DNA from: Pseudomonadota bacterium | GTDB taxonomy: Bacteria; Bdellovibrionota; FAC87; UBA2466 | DNA: 16,623 bases | Direction: 5' to 3' | NCBI GenBank assembly: GCA_043767805.1 | Contig: JAYUGC010000035.1 | Coordinates: forward strand, 1-16,623 | Shown: piece after piece, positions 1 through 8,502 of the stretch | Numbering within the stretch: the first letter of the stretch is position 1 | Layout of the letters: each line of letters starts with the position of its first letter | The notes under the pieces: model-generated | Database searches by the model: none | Told to the model about the DNA's origin: nothing | The model's input: only the letters and a program-made list of their open reading frames with translations | Made by a program: the position numbers and the translations under genes

Positions 1-1
1 T

Positions 2-724
2 CATATCTTGAGAGGCGATTTCGACGCCGACCTTCAAGAGTACGCCCGACAAGCCAAGGCTTTCGACTACCCTCTCATCCTCGAGTTCGCTCCCGAAGCG
101 AATGGAGAATGGTATCCCTGGAACGGAAACTGGAATGGGGGCGGCAATACCATCGGTTACGGCGATCCCCGCCTTGCCGACGGACCCGAGCGCTACCGCA
201 ACGCTTACCGCCACGTCATCGATCTCTTTCGCGGGGAAGGCGTGGAGAACGTCACTTGGGTTTTCCACGTCGATTCTCAAGCCAAGCCCCTCGCGGCCTG
301 GAACACCATGGCGGATTACTATCCGGGCGATGCTTACATCGACTGGATCGGCGTCAGCGTCTTTGGCGCTCAGTACCCGTGGGACTACTGGAGCAATTTC
401 GCCGACACGCTCGATAACGCGTACGCCGAGCTAGCGGCCATCAGCAGCACCAAGCCGCTCCTCATCGCCGAGTTCGGCGTCATCGAGGACGCGACGGATC
501 CCAACCGCAAAGCCAACTGGATCCGCGAAGCGCTCACCACGATTCGAGACGGCCGATACCCCCGCATCCAAGGGATCAACTACTGGAGCGAGGCAAGCTG
601 GATTCCGACCAACAATAACGACATGCGCATCGATTCGAGCGCGGCGTCGCTTCAGATGTACAACAGCTTGGTCTCGGATGCGGTGTTTCTGGACACCGCC
701 GACGTGACTTGGCCCACGCCATGA
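2..724 (+). CDS. Glycoside hydrolase family 26-like protein (5'-partial, frame open at window edge)
   Basis: Motifs LEFAPEANGEWYPW (acid/base Glu), YYPGDAYIDWIGVS and KPLLIAEFG (nucleophile Glu). The frame is open from position 2, so the true start lies upstream of the window. Confidence 0.85.
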   Translation, partial: HILRGDFDADLQEYARQAKAFDYPLILEFAPEANGEWYPWNGNWNGGGNTIGYGDPRLADGPERYRNAYRHVIDLFRGEGVENVTWVFHVDSQAKPLAAWNTMADYYPGDAYIDWIGVSVFGAQYPWDYWSNFADTLDNAYAELAAISSTKPLLIAEFGVIEDATDPNRKANWIREALTTIRDGRYPRIQGINYWSEASWIPTNNNDMRIDSSAASLQMYNSLVSDAVFLDTADVTWPTP

Positions 725-736
725 ATGGGTAAAAGA

Positions 737-774
737 GTTAGGCGTGCCCTTATCTCCGTAAGGGCACGCCTAAC
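737..774. terminator. Perfect 16-bp stem-loop between the two GH26 genes
   Basis: GTTAGGCGTGCCCTTA-tctccg-TAAGGGCACGCCTAAC. A T-tract follows only on the minus strand (plus-strand AAAAGA at 731-736). Confidence 0.65.
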
Positions 775-800
775 GGCAAATCGATTGGGGGATAAAACCG

Positions 801-1976
801 ATGAAGGCTAACAATGCTACCGCTGCGGGTCGTTTCACCGTTGTGGGCCTTACCGCTACGTTACTTTTTATGCAGGGCTGTGCGAAGAGCATCACGCCCG
901 TAGTCCAAAGGCAGGTGCCGCCCGCACCCGCCGCGTTCCAAACGAGAGAGGGCGCCCTCGCGCCTCCCGCGGCCGGCGTTTACCACGGCGCCTTTCCCGA
1001 TCTTCCGGCGGACGTTGGCCGAGGCATCGCCTCCGACATTCTCGCCATGGAGCGGCTCGCCGACAAAAAGCTCGCTTGGGTGCAATTCGAAAACGATTGG
1101 GCGCGCAGTACGGAATTTCCCTGGAACACGGTGAAAGCCATCGCCGAACAGGGCAAGCTTCCCTACATCCGCATTCTTCCTCGTAGCCGGTCCCAGCAAA
1201 ATCTCGGCGCGGATCCGGTCTTCACCATGGCGAACTTCATCAACGGCGACTTCGACCGGCTTCTCGAGCGCTGGGCGCAGCTAGCGAAAGCTTCGGGAAC
1301 CCGCCTGGTCGTCGAGTTCGCTCCTGAAGTGAACGGTGATTGGTACCCCTGGAACGGCAGGTGGAACGGCGGCGCCGAAGCCGGCGCCTACGGAGACCCC
1401 CGGCTTGCCGACGGCCCCGAGCGCTTTCGCGACGCTTACCGCCGAGTCATCGATATTTTCCGCCGGGTGGGCGCCGATCAAATCACGTGGGTCTTTCACG
1501 TCGATTCCCAGCCCCGGCCTAAAGAGAATTGGAATGCGATGGCCGGTTACTACCCGGGCGATGACTACATCGACTGGGTGGGCGTGAGCGCGTTCGGGGC
1601 GCAGCAGCCGGGAGATTTCTGGGAATCGTTCTCGGACGTCTTGGACGGCACCTACAACGAGCTCGTTTCCATTTCGCCGCTGAAACCCGTGGCGGTGGTC
1701 GAGTTCGGCGTGATCGAAAAACCGGGAGACACTTCCGCTAAGGCGCGCTGGATCTCCGAAGCGCTCGATTCGCTACGAAACGGCTGGTTCCCCCACGTCA
1801 AAGCGGTGAGCTATTGGCACGAGCGGGCGGTCAGCATGAGTCCCGCGAGAAGCCTTCGCATCGACTCGAGTCTTCAGTCCCTAGGTGCCTACAAAGCGGG
1901 AGTCGCCGGAGACTTCTTCCTGGGCGACGCGGGCTTCACGGGAGTGAGCGACGTAATCCAGCGATCTTCGCCTTGA
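801..1976 (+). CDS. Glycoside hydrolase family 26-like protein, probable lipoprotein
   Basis: VEFAPEVNGDWYPW, YYPGDDYIDWVGVS and KPVAVVEFG motifs. N-terminal hydrophobic stretch ending LFMQGC (lipobox-like), then a Pro/Ala linker. GGGGGA SD-like sequence upstream. Clear paralogue of the upstream gene. Confidence 0.85.
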   Translation: MKANNATAAGRFTVVGLTATLLFMQGCAKSITPVVQRQVPPAPAAFQTREGALAPPAAGVYHGAFPDLPADVGRGIASDILAMERLADKKLAWVQFENDWARSTEFPWNTVKAIAEQGKLPYIRILPRSRSQQNLGADPVFTMANFINGDFDRLLERWAQLAKASGTRLVVEFAPEVNGDWYPWNGRWNGGAEAGAYGDPRLADGPERFRDAYRRVIDIFRRVGADQITWVFHVDSQPRPKENWNAMAGYYPGDDYIDWVGVSAFGAQQPGDFWESFSDVLDGTYNELVSISPLKPVAVVEFGVIEKPGDTSAKARWISEALDSLRNGWFPHVKAVSYWHERAVSMSPARSLRIDSSLQSLGAYKAGVAGDFFLGDAGFTGVSDVIQRSSP

Positions 1977-3417
1977 GGTAGGCGGTCTCGTCGTCCTTGA
2001 TGAGTCCCGTCCTGACCGAGACGATAAACACTAGCCCGACGTACGTGATTGCGCTCACGATGAGTAACGGAAACGGATGGAGATGGAGCGGGTACCAAGC
2101 GAAGCAGCTCACCAACACGCAGAAGACGCTGACCGCGCCGATGCCGAAGATCGCTTTCCAGGGGAGATAGTCTCTCAGGCGCAAGCCCATGAGCTCACCC
2201 GCGAAATGAGAATAGAGGGCTAGCGTCATCGCGTCGGAGACCACTTTACCAACGAGAGCGCCCATAGGGCCGTACTGGTACGCTCCTCCAATGACGAGCA
2301 CGACCGTGTACGCCACGGCGATAATCTGAAGCTTCAGCACGAGGCCCGTGCGCGCGAAGACCCGGAAAAGAATCTCGGGCGAAAAGCCCGTGAGTAAGAG
2401 CCCAATCAAAAACACGCGGAAGTAGGCGGCGCTCTCCCGATAGGTTTCCGAGAAGATGAAAACGATGATTGGCACCGCGAAATAGAAAAGATACACCGCG
2501 ATGGGGACCTGAAAGAGCGAGACCTTGCGAATCGTCGAGTGCCAGAGCGCTTTCACTTTGCCTTGGTTATCCGTACGCCTAGCTTCCACCATGTCGAAGG
2601 ACATGAGATCGGTCATGGTATTGGAAACACTTCCGATGAGCGGCACTTCGAAGCACCCCACCGCGTAGAGGGTAAACTCGCGCACGGGAAACATTGCTGA
2701 GATGACGAACTTGTCCATTTTCAGGACGGAACCGATGAGATTCTTCGCGCCTTGCGGCAGGCTAAAGGCCACCTGCTCGCCGAAGAAGCGCTTCATCTCC
2801 GCCCAACCCACCTCGGCCGCCCGCACGCGCCGGAGATTGAAAACCAGTAGGCAAAGCAGCTTCGCAAGAGACAGGAGCGCGAGCCCCAAGATCACCGCGT
2901 GGAGCGAGCCGAACCAGTAAAAGCCGCCGACGATGACGCCCGCCTTAATCGCTTCGTAAGCGACGCTAAGCGCGATGGCGCTTTTGATATCGTCGAGAAC
3001 CGCGAGGTAGTGCTCGAAGTGCTGCGCGGGGATGGCGAACAAAACAAAGAGCGCGAAGACCGGGAAAAATTCGGCAAGGCCGGGATTATTGAATAACCGG
3101 GCGATGTCGCTTCCGAAGACGAGACACCCTCCAGCGAGCAAAACTGCCATTCCCAAATCAAAAAGCAGGATGTTCAGCGAGAAGACCCCTTCTTTCCCGG
3201 GATGACTCTTGATGAAATAGAACAACCCGTTGTCCATGCCCATGTGGCCGATGAGCAGCGCGAAGGAATAGAGGAGGATGAGCTGTTTGTAGGAGCCGTA
3301 AGCCTCGATGGTAAGCCAGCGGCTTAGGAAAACCGGGACGAGAAAGCCGGCCGCGACTACCGCTACATGGCCAATGGAGAGAAGGACCGTTTTTTCGAAA
3401 TGACGCTTGTCTGACAT
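1936..3417 (-). CDS. wzx: Wzx-type oligosaccharide flippase (MOP superfamily)
   Basis: About 493 aa with many hydrophobic segments. Typical N-terminus (VFLSRWLTIEAYGSYKQ) and DKFVISAMF..F.LY.VG motif. Start re-called to ATG 3417 (MSDKRH) because the ORF-track extension is hydrophilic and covers the promoter region. Confidence 0.85.
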   Translation of the reverse strand: MSDKRHFEKTVLLSIGHVAVVAAGFLVPVFLSRWLTIEAYGSYKQLILLYSFALLIGHMGMDNGLFYFIKSHPGKEGVFSLNILLFDLGMAVLLAGGCLVFGSDIARLFNNPGLAEFFPVFALFVLFAIPAQHFEHYLAVLDDIKSAIALSVAYEAIKAGVIVGGFYWFGSLHAVILGLALLSLAKLLCLLVFNLRRVRAAEVGWAEMKRFFGEQVAFSLPQGAKNLIGSVLKMDKFVISAMFPVREFTLYAVGCFEVPLIGSVSNTMTDLMSFDMVEARRTDNQGKVKALWHSTIRKVSLFQVPIAVYLFYFAVPIIVFIFSETYRESAAYFRVFLIGLLLTGFSPEILFRVFARTGLVLKLQIIAVAYTVVLVIGGAYQYGPMGALVGKVVSDAMTLALYSHFAGELMGLRLRDYLPWKAIFGIGAVSVFCVLVSCFAWYPLHLHPFPLLIVSAITYVGLVFIVSVRTGLIKDDETAYLKAKIAGLRRSLP

Positions 3418-3612
3418 AACCGGCCCCGAGGCGTAGGCAACGCTAATGCTTTCCGCCCGCCGCATCAACAAACAAACACCCGGCTGGGAGGGCCGGTGCC
3501 GTAAGTATCCGTCCGAATCGAAGGTAGAAAAGTTTACCGGGGCCACTTCGCCCCGTTTTCGTTTTTCCTCTGAAACTAGGCGTGAGTTAGCGTCCGAAAA
3601 CCGCGAATTCAG

Positions 3613-3628
3613 TGGCACCGAACCTGCA
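3613..3628 (+). promoter_or_regulatory. Sigma54 (-24/-12) promoter of the polysaccharide operon
   Basis: TGGCAC-CGAAC-CTGCA matches TGGCAC-N5-TTGCW with exact GG/GC spacing. It lies about 70 nt before ATG 3700. Confidence 0.7.
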
Positions 3629-3699
3629 CAAGCTTAAGTCCAGTCAGTGCTTGCGGCGGTTCAAACGACGAGGACCAAACCGGAAGCTGGGGGGACGGT

Positions 3700-4368
3700 A
3701 TGAACCAATATTTCTTGCGCAACGCGCAGGCCATTCGCTCAAACTATTCCCTGTCCTTCGAGTTCGAGTCCAAACCTACTTTCTCGCTACGGCAGCTGGC
3801 CATCGACTCCATGCAAGGTTTGATGGCGCTGACGCTCCTAGCCCTCTCGAGCCCCGCTCTCTGGCTTTGCTTTCTCGCCATCAAGCTGACCTCGCGGGGA
3901 CCCGCGCTCTACAGCCAGGAACGAGTCGGTAAGGACGGCAGAATTTTTAAAATCTATAAGCTCCGGTCCATGCGCCTCGACGCCGAGGCGCAGACCGGCC
4001 CGGTGTTGTCCTGGCGCAAGGACCCTAGAGTCACGCCGCTGGGCAACTTCCTGAGAAAGAGCCACCTCGACGAGCTCCCGCAGCTTTGGAACGTCATTCA
4101 AGGCGACATGCGCCTCATCGGCCCGCGCCCCGAGCGACCTTACTTCGTGAACCGCTTCCGGGAAGAGGTCAGAAATTACCGCGCGCGCGAGCAGGTAAAG
4201 CCCGGCATCACGGGACTCGCGCAAGTCTGCTGCGACTACGATGCGAGCCCCGAGGAAAAGCTCGAGTTCGACTTGCTCTACATCCGGCACCGGCACTCGG
4301 TACCCATCTACTTTTTGATTATTTACTACACTGCGAAAAAGGTTCTGTTCGCGTCGTCGGTTTCGTGA
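3700..4368 (+). CDS. Priming phosphoglycosyl transferase (bacterial sugar transferase domain, WcaJ/WbaP C-terminal type)
   Basis: YSQERVGKDGRIFKIYKLRSM, DPRVTPLGNFLRKSHLDELPQLWNV, GPRPERP, VKPGITGLAQV and EKLEFDLLYI motifs. One N-terminal hydrophobic helix. GGGGGA SD. Confidence 0.93.
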   Translation: MNQYFLRNAQAIRSNYSLSFEFESKPTFSLRQLAIDSMQGLMALTLLALSSPALWLCFLAIKLTSRGPALYSQERVGKDGRIFKIYKLRSMRLDAEAQTGPVLSWRKDPRVTPLGNFLRKSHLDELPQLWNVIQGDMRLIGPRPERPYFVNRFREEVRNYRAREQVKPGITGLAQVCCDYDASPEEKLEFDLLYIRHRHSVPIYFLIIYYTAKKVLFASSVS

Positions 4369-4383
4369 GGGGACCTTACTAAA

Positions 4384-5247
4384 GTGGGCAAAGTAGCTCT
4401 CAGCATAGACGTGGAAGATTGGTTCTGCGTTCGCAACATGGGTGGCCACATCTCTCCCCATGATTGGAACGGGTTTGAGTTCCGCGTGCGCGTGGGGCTC
4501 GATTTCATTTTGAAGGAGCTCGATCAGCGCGGCATCAAGGCGACTTTCTTCATGCTGGCCTGGGTCGCGGAAAAATGCCATTCTATCGTCGCGGAATTGA
4601 ACCGGGCCGGCCATGAGATCGCAAGCCATGGTTACAACCACCGGCCTCTCGACGAGATGAGCCCTCTCGATTTCCGGGAAGACGTAAAAGCCTCGCTCTG
4701 CATTTTATCCGCGCAGAGCTCGACTCCCATCCTGGGTTACCGCGCTCCCAGCTTTTCCATCACGGAGAAGACCACCTGGGCCCTCGATGTCCTGAGAGAG
4801 CTCGGCTTCGCCTACGACAGCAGCATTTATCCGATTCATCACCCGAACTACGGCATTCCGGACTTTCCGAAGGAGCCGACTCAAGTCTCTGGAATTCTCG
4901 AGCTCCCCATGAGCACCGTGAATGTTTTCGGAGTGACCTTGCCCATCTCGGGCGGTGGCTATTTCCGCCTGTATCCTTACGCGCTCTCCAAGAGACTCAT
5001 CCAAAGAGCGCAACGCCAGGGCGATGTGATCTTGTACTTCCACCCGTGGGAGTTCGACGAAGGACAACCGAGACTGAAGCTACCGGCCTTGCGGCGCTTC
5101 CGCCACTACGTCGGCCTTGGCAAGAACCGCGCGAAATTCCGGCGTCTGCTCGATGATTTTTCGTTCTGCCCCATGAAGGACCTGATGGGAGGAGCAGCGG
5201 ACGCTAAACGTGAAACGTACCAGCAGAGGGACCTATGGAAATCTTGA
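4384..5247 (+). CDS. Polysaccharide deacetylase (CE4; XrtA/PEP-CTERM-associated, DUF3473-containing type)
   Basis: SIDVEDWF, HEIASHGYNH, GYRAPSFSI, YDSS, GGGYFRLYP and YFHPWEFD..QPR motifs. GTG start. Confidence 0.92.
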   Translation: MGKVALSIDVEDWFCVRNMGGHISPHDWNGFEFRVRVGLDFILKELDQRGIKATFFMLAWVAEKCHSIVAELNRAGHEIASHGYNHRPLDEMSPLDFREDVKASLCILSAQSSTPILGYRAPSFSITEKTTWALDVLRELGFAYDSSIYPIHHPNYGIPDFPKEPTQVSGILELPMSTVNVFGVTLPISGGGYFRLYPYALSKRLIQRAQRQGDVILYFHPWEFDEGQPRLKLPALRRFRHYVGLGKNRAKFRRLLDDFSFCPMKDLMGGAADAKRETYQQRDLWKS

Positions 5248-6047
5248 AAAAACATTTACTCGCCGTCTCGACGGTAATCCTATTTGTCGTGAGCGCTTCC
5301 GTTTACGATTTCCTGGCGCCGGAGCAGTACGAAGTCACCAGCCGGGTCACCGTCCACCGCTCGCAGATAGAAGCCCCTAACCTCTCCACCGAAGAATCGA
5401 AGAACCGGTGGATTTGGGTGAGAGACGGAAACGCCATCAAGGACTCGCTCCTTTCTCAAGATCTCTTGAGCTCGATTCTGGCCAAGAGCGAATTACTTTC
5501 CCGTCGGTATGAGGAGTTTAAAGCCGAGAACGACGCCATCATCCGGGAATCGCTCAAACGCGGGCTGGTGGATGCGGACATCAAGATTCAGTTTCTTTCG
5601 GAGTTCCGCAAAGCCATCGACGTCGACTACTTGGGCGGCGATGCCTTCACCTACGTTATCACCGTGCGGGACAAGTCTCCCGTGCTGGCAAAAGAAGTGA
5701 ATAGCGTGCTCGTGGAGAAGCTCAGGTCTCTGGTCGTCGAGGAGACTAAGGTCTCTTACGAGCAATCCCTCGCCGCCTTAGAGCTCGAGCTTAGAAACAA
5801 TACAGCACCCAAAATTCGGGCTCACCTCGCGGAAACCTATCGGGGCCTCCTCACCTCGAAGGTACTCTTTAATGCGAGTAGCGATCGAAGAGTGGAAGTC
5901 GTTCAGGCTCCCTCTATTCCCTTTTCGCCCATCTGGCCCAAGATCGACCGCCTTTTGATTTTAGCTCTCGTCGCGGGTCTCGCTCTCGGTCTCCTTTTGG
6001 AATACGTGCTCGCCTGGCCGAAGCACCAAGAACTGCAGACGGCGTAA
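5235..6047 (+). CDS. Wzz-like polysaccharide co-polymerase / chain-length determinant (no tyrosine-kinase domain)
   Basis: N-terminal TM helix, helical periplasmic region, and Pro-rich VVQAPSIPFSPIWPK before a Gly-rich C-terminal TM (LALVAGLALGLL). Operon context. Confidence 0.75.
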   Translation: MEILKKHLLAVSTVILFVVSASVYDFLAPEQYEVTSRVTVHRSQIEAPNLSTEESKNRWIWVRDGNAIKDSLLSQDLLSSILAKSELLSRRYEEFKAENDAIIRESLKRGLVDADIKIQFLSEFRKAIDVDYLGGDAFTYVITVRDKSPVLAKEVNSVLVEKLRSLVVEETKVSYEQSLAALELELRNNTAPKIRAHLAETYRGLLTSKVLFNASSDRRVEVVQAPSIPFSPIWPKIDRLLILALVAGLALGLLLEYVLAWPKHQELQTA

Positions 6048-6052
6048 TAGAA

Positions 6053-7333
6053 ATGGAGCAAACGGCACTCATCCAGAGACCGGGGATCGCGGAGCTCACC
6101 AGAGCTTTCGGATCTTTGAACATGACCCCGGTCATGTGCCTTTTCGCCTGTCTGACTCTAAGTGCGGCCCACCTCGAAGTCTCGATGCTGACCCACATGG
6201 GTCTCGAGCTCATCCTGGTAGGTCTCCTTTGCTCCTTCTATCTGCCCACTCTCTTTCAAGCGAACGCCACCGCCGATCGGTACGGCGTTGCCCGCATCCT
6301 GACCTGTTGCCTTCTGATGCTCTCGGCTCCACTCCTCTCCTCGTTAGCCAATGGAGCGCGGCTCGAAATCTTGATGAACCCCGAGTTCCGAAGCTGGGCG
6401 AAAGCGCTTCTCGTCTTGCCGTTGATGCCTTGGCTCTGCCGAACCGCCCGGCGAAGAGAGTCGCTGCTGGACGCCCTCGTCTTCGGGGCGGCCGCCTTCG
6501 CCCTCATCGTCTTTTACCGCTTTTACGTTTTGGGCGAGATGCGCGAAGTCGACGAACGGCCGAAACTTCATGTTAAGAACGGCGATCCGAACTTCATCTG
6601 CGTCATCTTCGCGGTGGCGTTACCTTTCGTGCTCTACAAAATCCAGAGCGCCTACCAAGCGGGCAAGCGGTTCGCGCTCGTTTGGTATGCCATCTGTTTT
6701 GCGCTTTTTGCGGCCTGCGTAATCATCACCGAATCGAGAATGGGGTTAATCTCGCTGCTCGCCGGCGTGGTCGTTCTGATTCTGACCATCCCGGTTCAAA
6801 ATCGTAAGCTCAAGATCGCTTTGGCCGCGGCTTTCTTTATACTCGTCGGCTCCACGGTACTCGGCGGACGTGTGGCCGATCGTTTCAAGTCCATGGACGA
6901 CGAGTCCAATCGCGAGCGTATCAAGTCACTCGTGACGGGCGCGCAGATGTTCGTGCGCCGGCCGGCGTTCGGCTTTGGCTGGGGCACGAGCCCGAAGCAC
7001 TTCTACGAGATCACGGGGCACGGCCGGTTGATGTCGGAAGCCCGCCCTCTGTCAGTGCATAACACTTTCCTTCAGCTCATGAGCGAGTTGGGGATGATGG
7101 GCCTCTTCGCGTACTTGAGCTTGTACCTGACCGTCTTGGTCAGCATCTTGAACGCCCTTCGCGTTGACCGCCGTCTGGGTTGCTTCTGTCTCGGGGCCTT
7201 TGTCATCCTGAGCATGAATCTCACTACCCTTCCCCTTCAGGGAAAAGATTTCATCCTGCTCTACTTCGGAGTGCTCCTGACTCTCTCTCTCGGAGCGACC
7301 AATGCGGCCCGCGAAAAGGAGGAGGCCGCATGA
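6053..7333 (+). CDS. O-antigen ligase family / Wzy-like polymerase
   Basis: Multi-TM protein with GDPN, TESRMG, PAFGFGWG and VHNTFLQLMSELGMMG motifs. Confidence 0.88.
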   Translation: MEQTALIQRPGIAELTRAFGSLNMTPVMCLFACLTLSAAHLEVSMLTHMGLELILVGLLCSFYLPTLFQANATADRYGVARILTCCLLMLSAPLLSSLANGARLEILMNPEFRSWAKALLVLPLMPWLCRTARRRESLLDALVFGAAAFALIVFYRFYVLGEMREVDERPKLHVKNGDPNFICVIFAVALPFVLYKIQSAYQAGKRFALVWYAICFALFAACVIITESRMGLISLLAGVVVLILTIPVQNRKLKIALAAAFFILVGSTVLGGRVADRFKSMDDESNRERIKSLVTGAQMFVRRPAFGFGWGTSPKHFYEITGHGRLMSEARPLSVHNTFLQLMSELGMMGLFAYLSLYLTVLVSILNALRVDRRLGCFCLGAFVILSMNLTTLPLQGKDFILLYFGVLLTLSLGATNAAREKEEAA

Positions 7334-8502
7334 CGTCTTTCTTCTGGATCTGTTTCTTCCTCATTTTGACGAACTATCTGCTCTTTCCGCTTTTCGTCAT
7401 CGCGCTCGCTCGCTTCGTGCGAAGAGACATTCGCAAAGGGCGCATCCGGCCGGACGTAACCCTCATCATCTCGGCTTACAACGAGGCCGCGATCATCATG
7501 GCCAAGCTTCAAAATTGCCTCGAGCTCGACTACCCGAGAGATCACCTCCAAATCATCGTCGTCTCGGACGGCTCGACGGACCGGACCCCGGATTTGGTCG
7601 AGGCCTTCATGAGAGACAACAGCGGTGCCCGGGTGATGGGACTTCATCGCAACGAGCGCCGCGGAAAAGCTTCCGCCATGAATCATGGCGTTGCCGCAGC
7701 TTGCGGCGAGATCCTCGTTTTCTCCGATGCCAATACGAGCTACCACAAGGACGCCCTCCTCCACCTCGTCGAGAACTTCAGTGACGCCACCGTGGGCGGC
7801 GTATCAGGTCGTAAAGCAATTCTGAAGGAAAAAGAGCGGGCGAGCTCCTTGGGCGACAGGCTCTTCTGGACTTTCGAAGCGGCTCTCAAACGGAGCGAGA
7901 GCCTCGTGGGCTCCATTCCGACGGCGGACGGCGAAATCTTCGCCATCCGCGCGAGTCTCTACCACCCCTTGCCGCAGGGAACGATTAACGATGATACCGC
8001 GATCACTTTCGACATCGTCGAGGCGGGACTGCGCGTCGTTTACGACCCTCTCGCCGTCTCTGAAGAGTCGGCTTCCTTCACGCTCAGAGAAGACATGGCA
8101 GTGAAGGCCCGCATGGTGTACGGCGGTTATCAAAGCCTCGCCCGCTACCACCGGCGTCTCCTTCCTCCGCGCACCTTCTTCGCCTTTCAGTTCTTTTGCC
8201 ACAAGACGCTGCGCCATTGGATGCCCTTTCTCCTCATCGGGCTTTTCGCGTCCAATCTCTTCGTTCACGGCTACTTCTACGCCGGGGTCTTCTGGGCTCA
8301 GGTGACCTTTTATCTCGCCGCCCTCGCCGGCGCCGCGGCGCTTGGCGCTGGCCGGCCGCTCAAGCCGCTCTACCTGCCCCTCTACTATTGCTCGATGAAT
8401 CTGTCTGCGGTGTCGGGGCTCGTGCACTTTTTGAAGGGCCGGTCCGTCAACGAAATTTGGACGAAAGCGGAAAGGTCGGAAGCATGGAAGAGACATTTCT
8501 AG
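7330..8502 (+). CDS. Glycosyltransferase family 2, membrane-anchored
   Basis: IISAYNE, VVSDGSTDRT, RRGKASAMN, FSDAN (DxD), INDD and C-terminal TMs. Start re-called to ATG 7330 (ATGA overlap with the upstream stop, GGAGG SD). Confidence 0.92.
   Translation: MTSFFWICFFLILTNYLLFPLFVIALARFVRRDIRKGRIRPDVTLIISAYNEAAIIMAKLQNCLELDYPRDHLQIIVVSDGSTDRTPDLVEAFMRDNSGARVMGLHRNERRGKASAMNHGVAAACGEILVFSDANTSYHKDALLHLVENFSDATVGGVSGRKAILKEKERASSLGDRLFWTFEAALKRSESLVGSIPTADGEIFAIRASLYHPLPQGTINDDTAITFDIVEAGLRVVYDPLAVSEESASFTLREDMAVKARMVYGGYQSLARYHRRLLPPRTFFAFQFFCHKTLRHWMPFLLIGLFASNLFVHGYFYAGVFWAQVTFYLAALAGAAALGAGRPLKPLYLPLYYCSMNLSAVSGLVHFLKGRSVNEIWTKAERSEAWKRHF

Noticed and set aside
3418..3618. 67-aa N-terminal extension of the flippase in the ORF track
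   Set aside because: Hydrophilic, unlike Wzx N-termini, and overlaps the divergent promoter region. ATG 3417 fits better.
7180..8483. Long N-terminal extensions of GT2 (from 7180) and epimerase (from 8196)
   Set aside because: They overlap upstream genes extensively. Coupled starts at 7330 and 8484 give normal domain boundaries.
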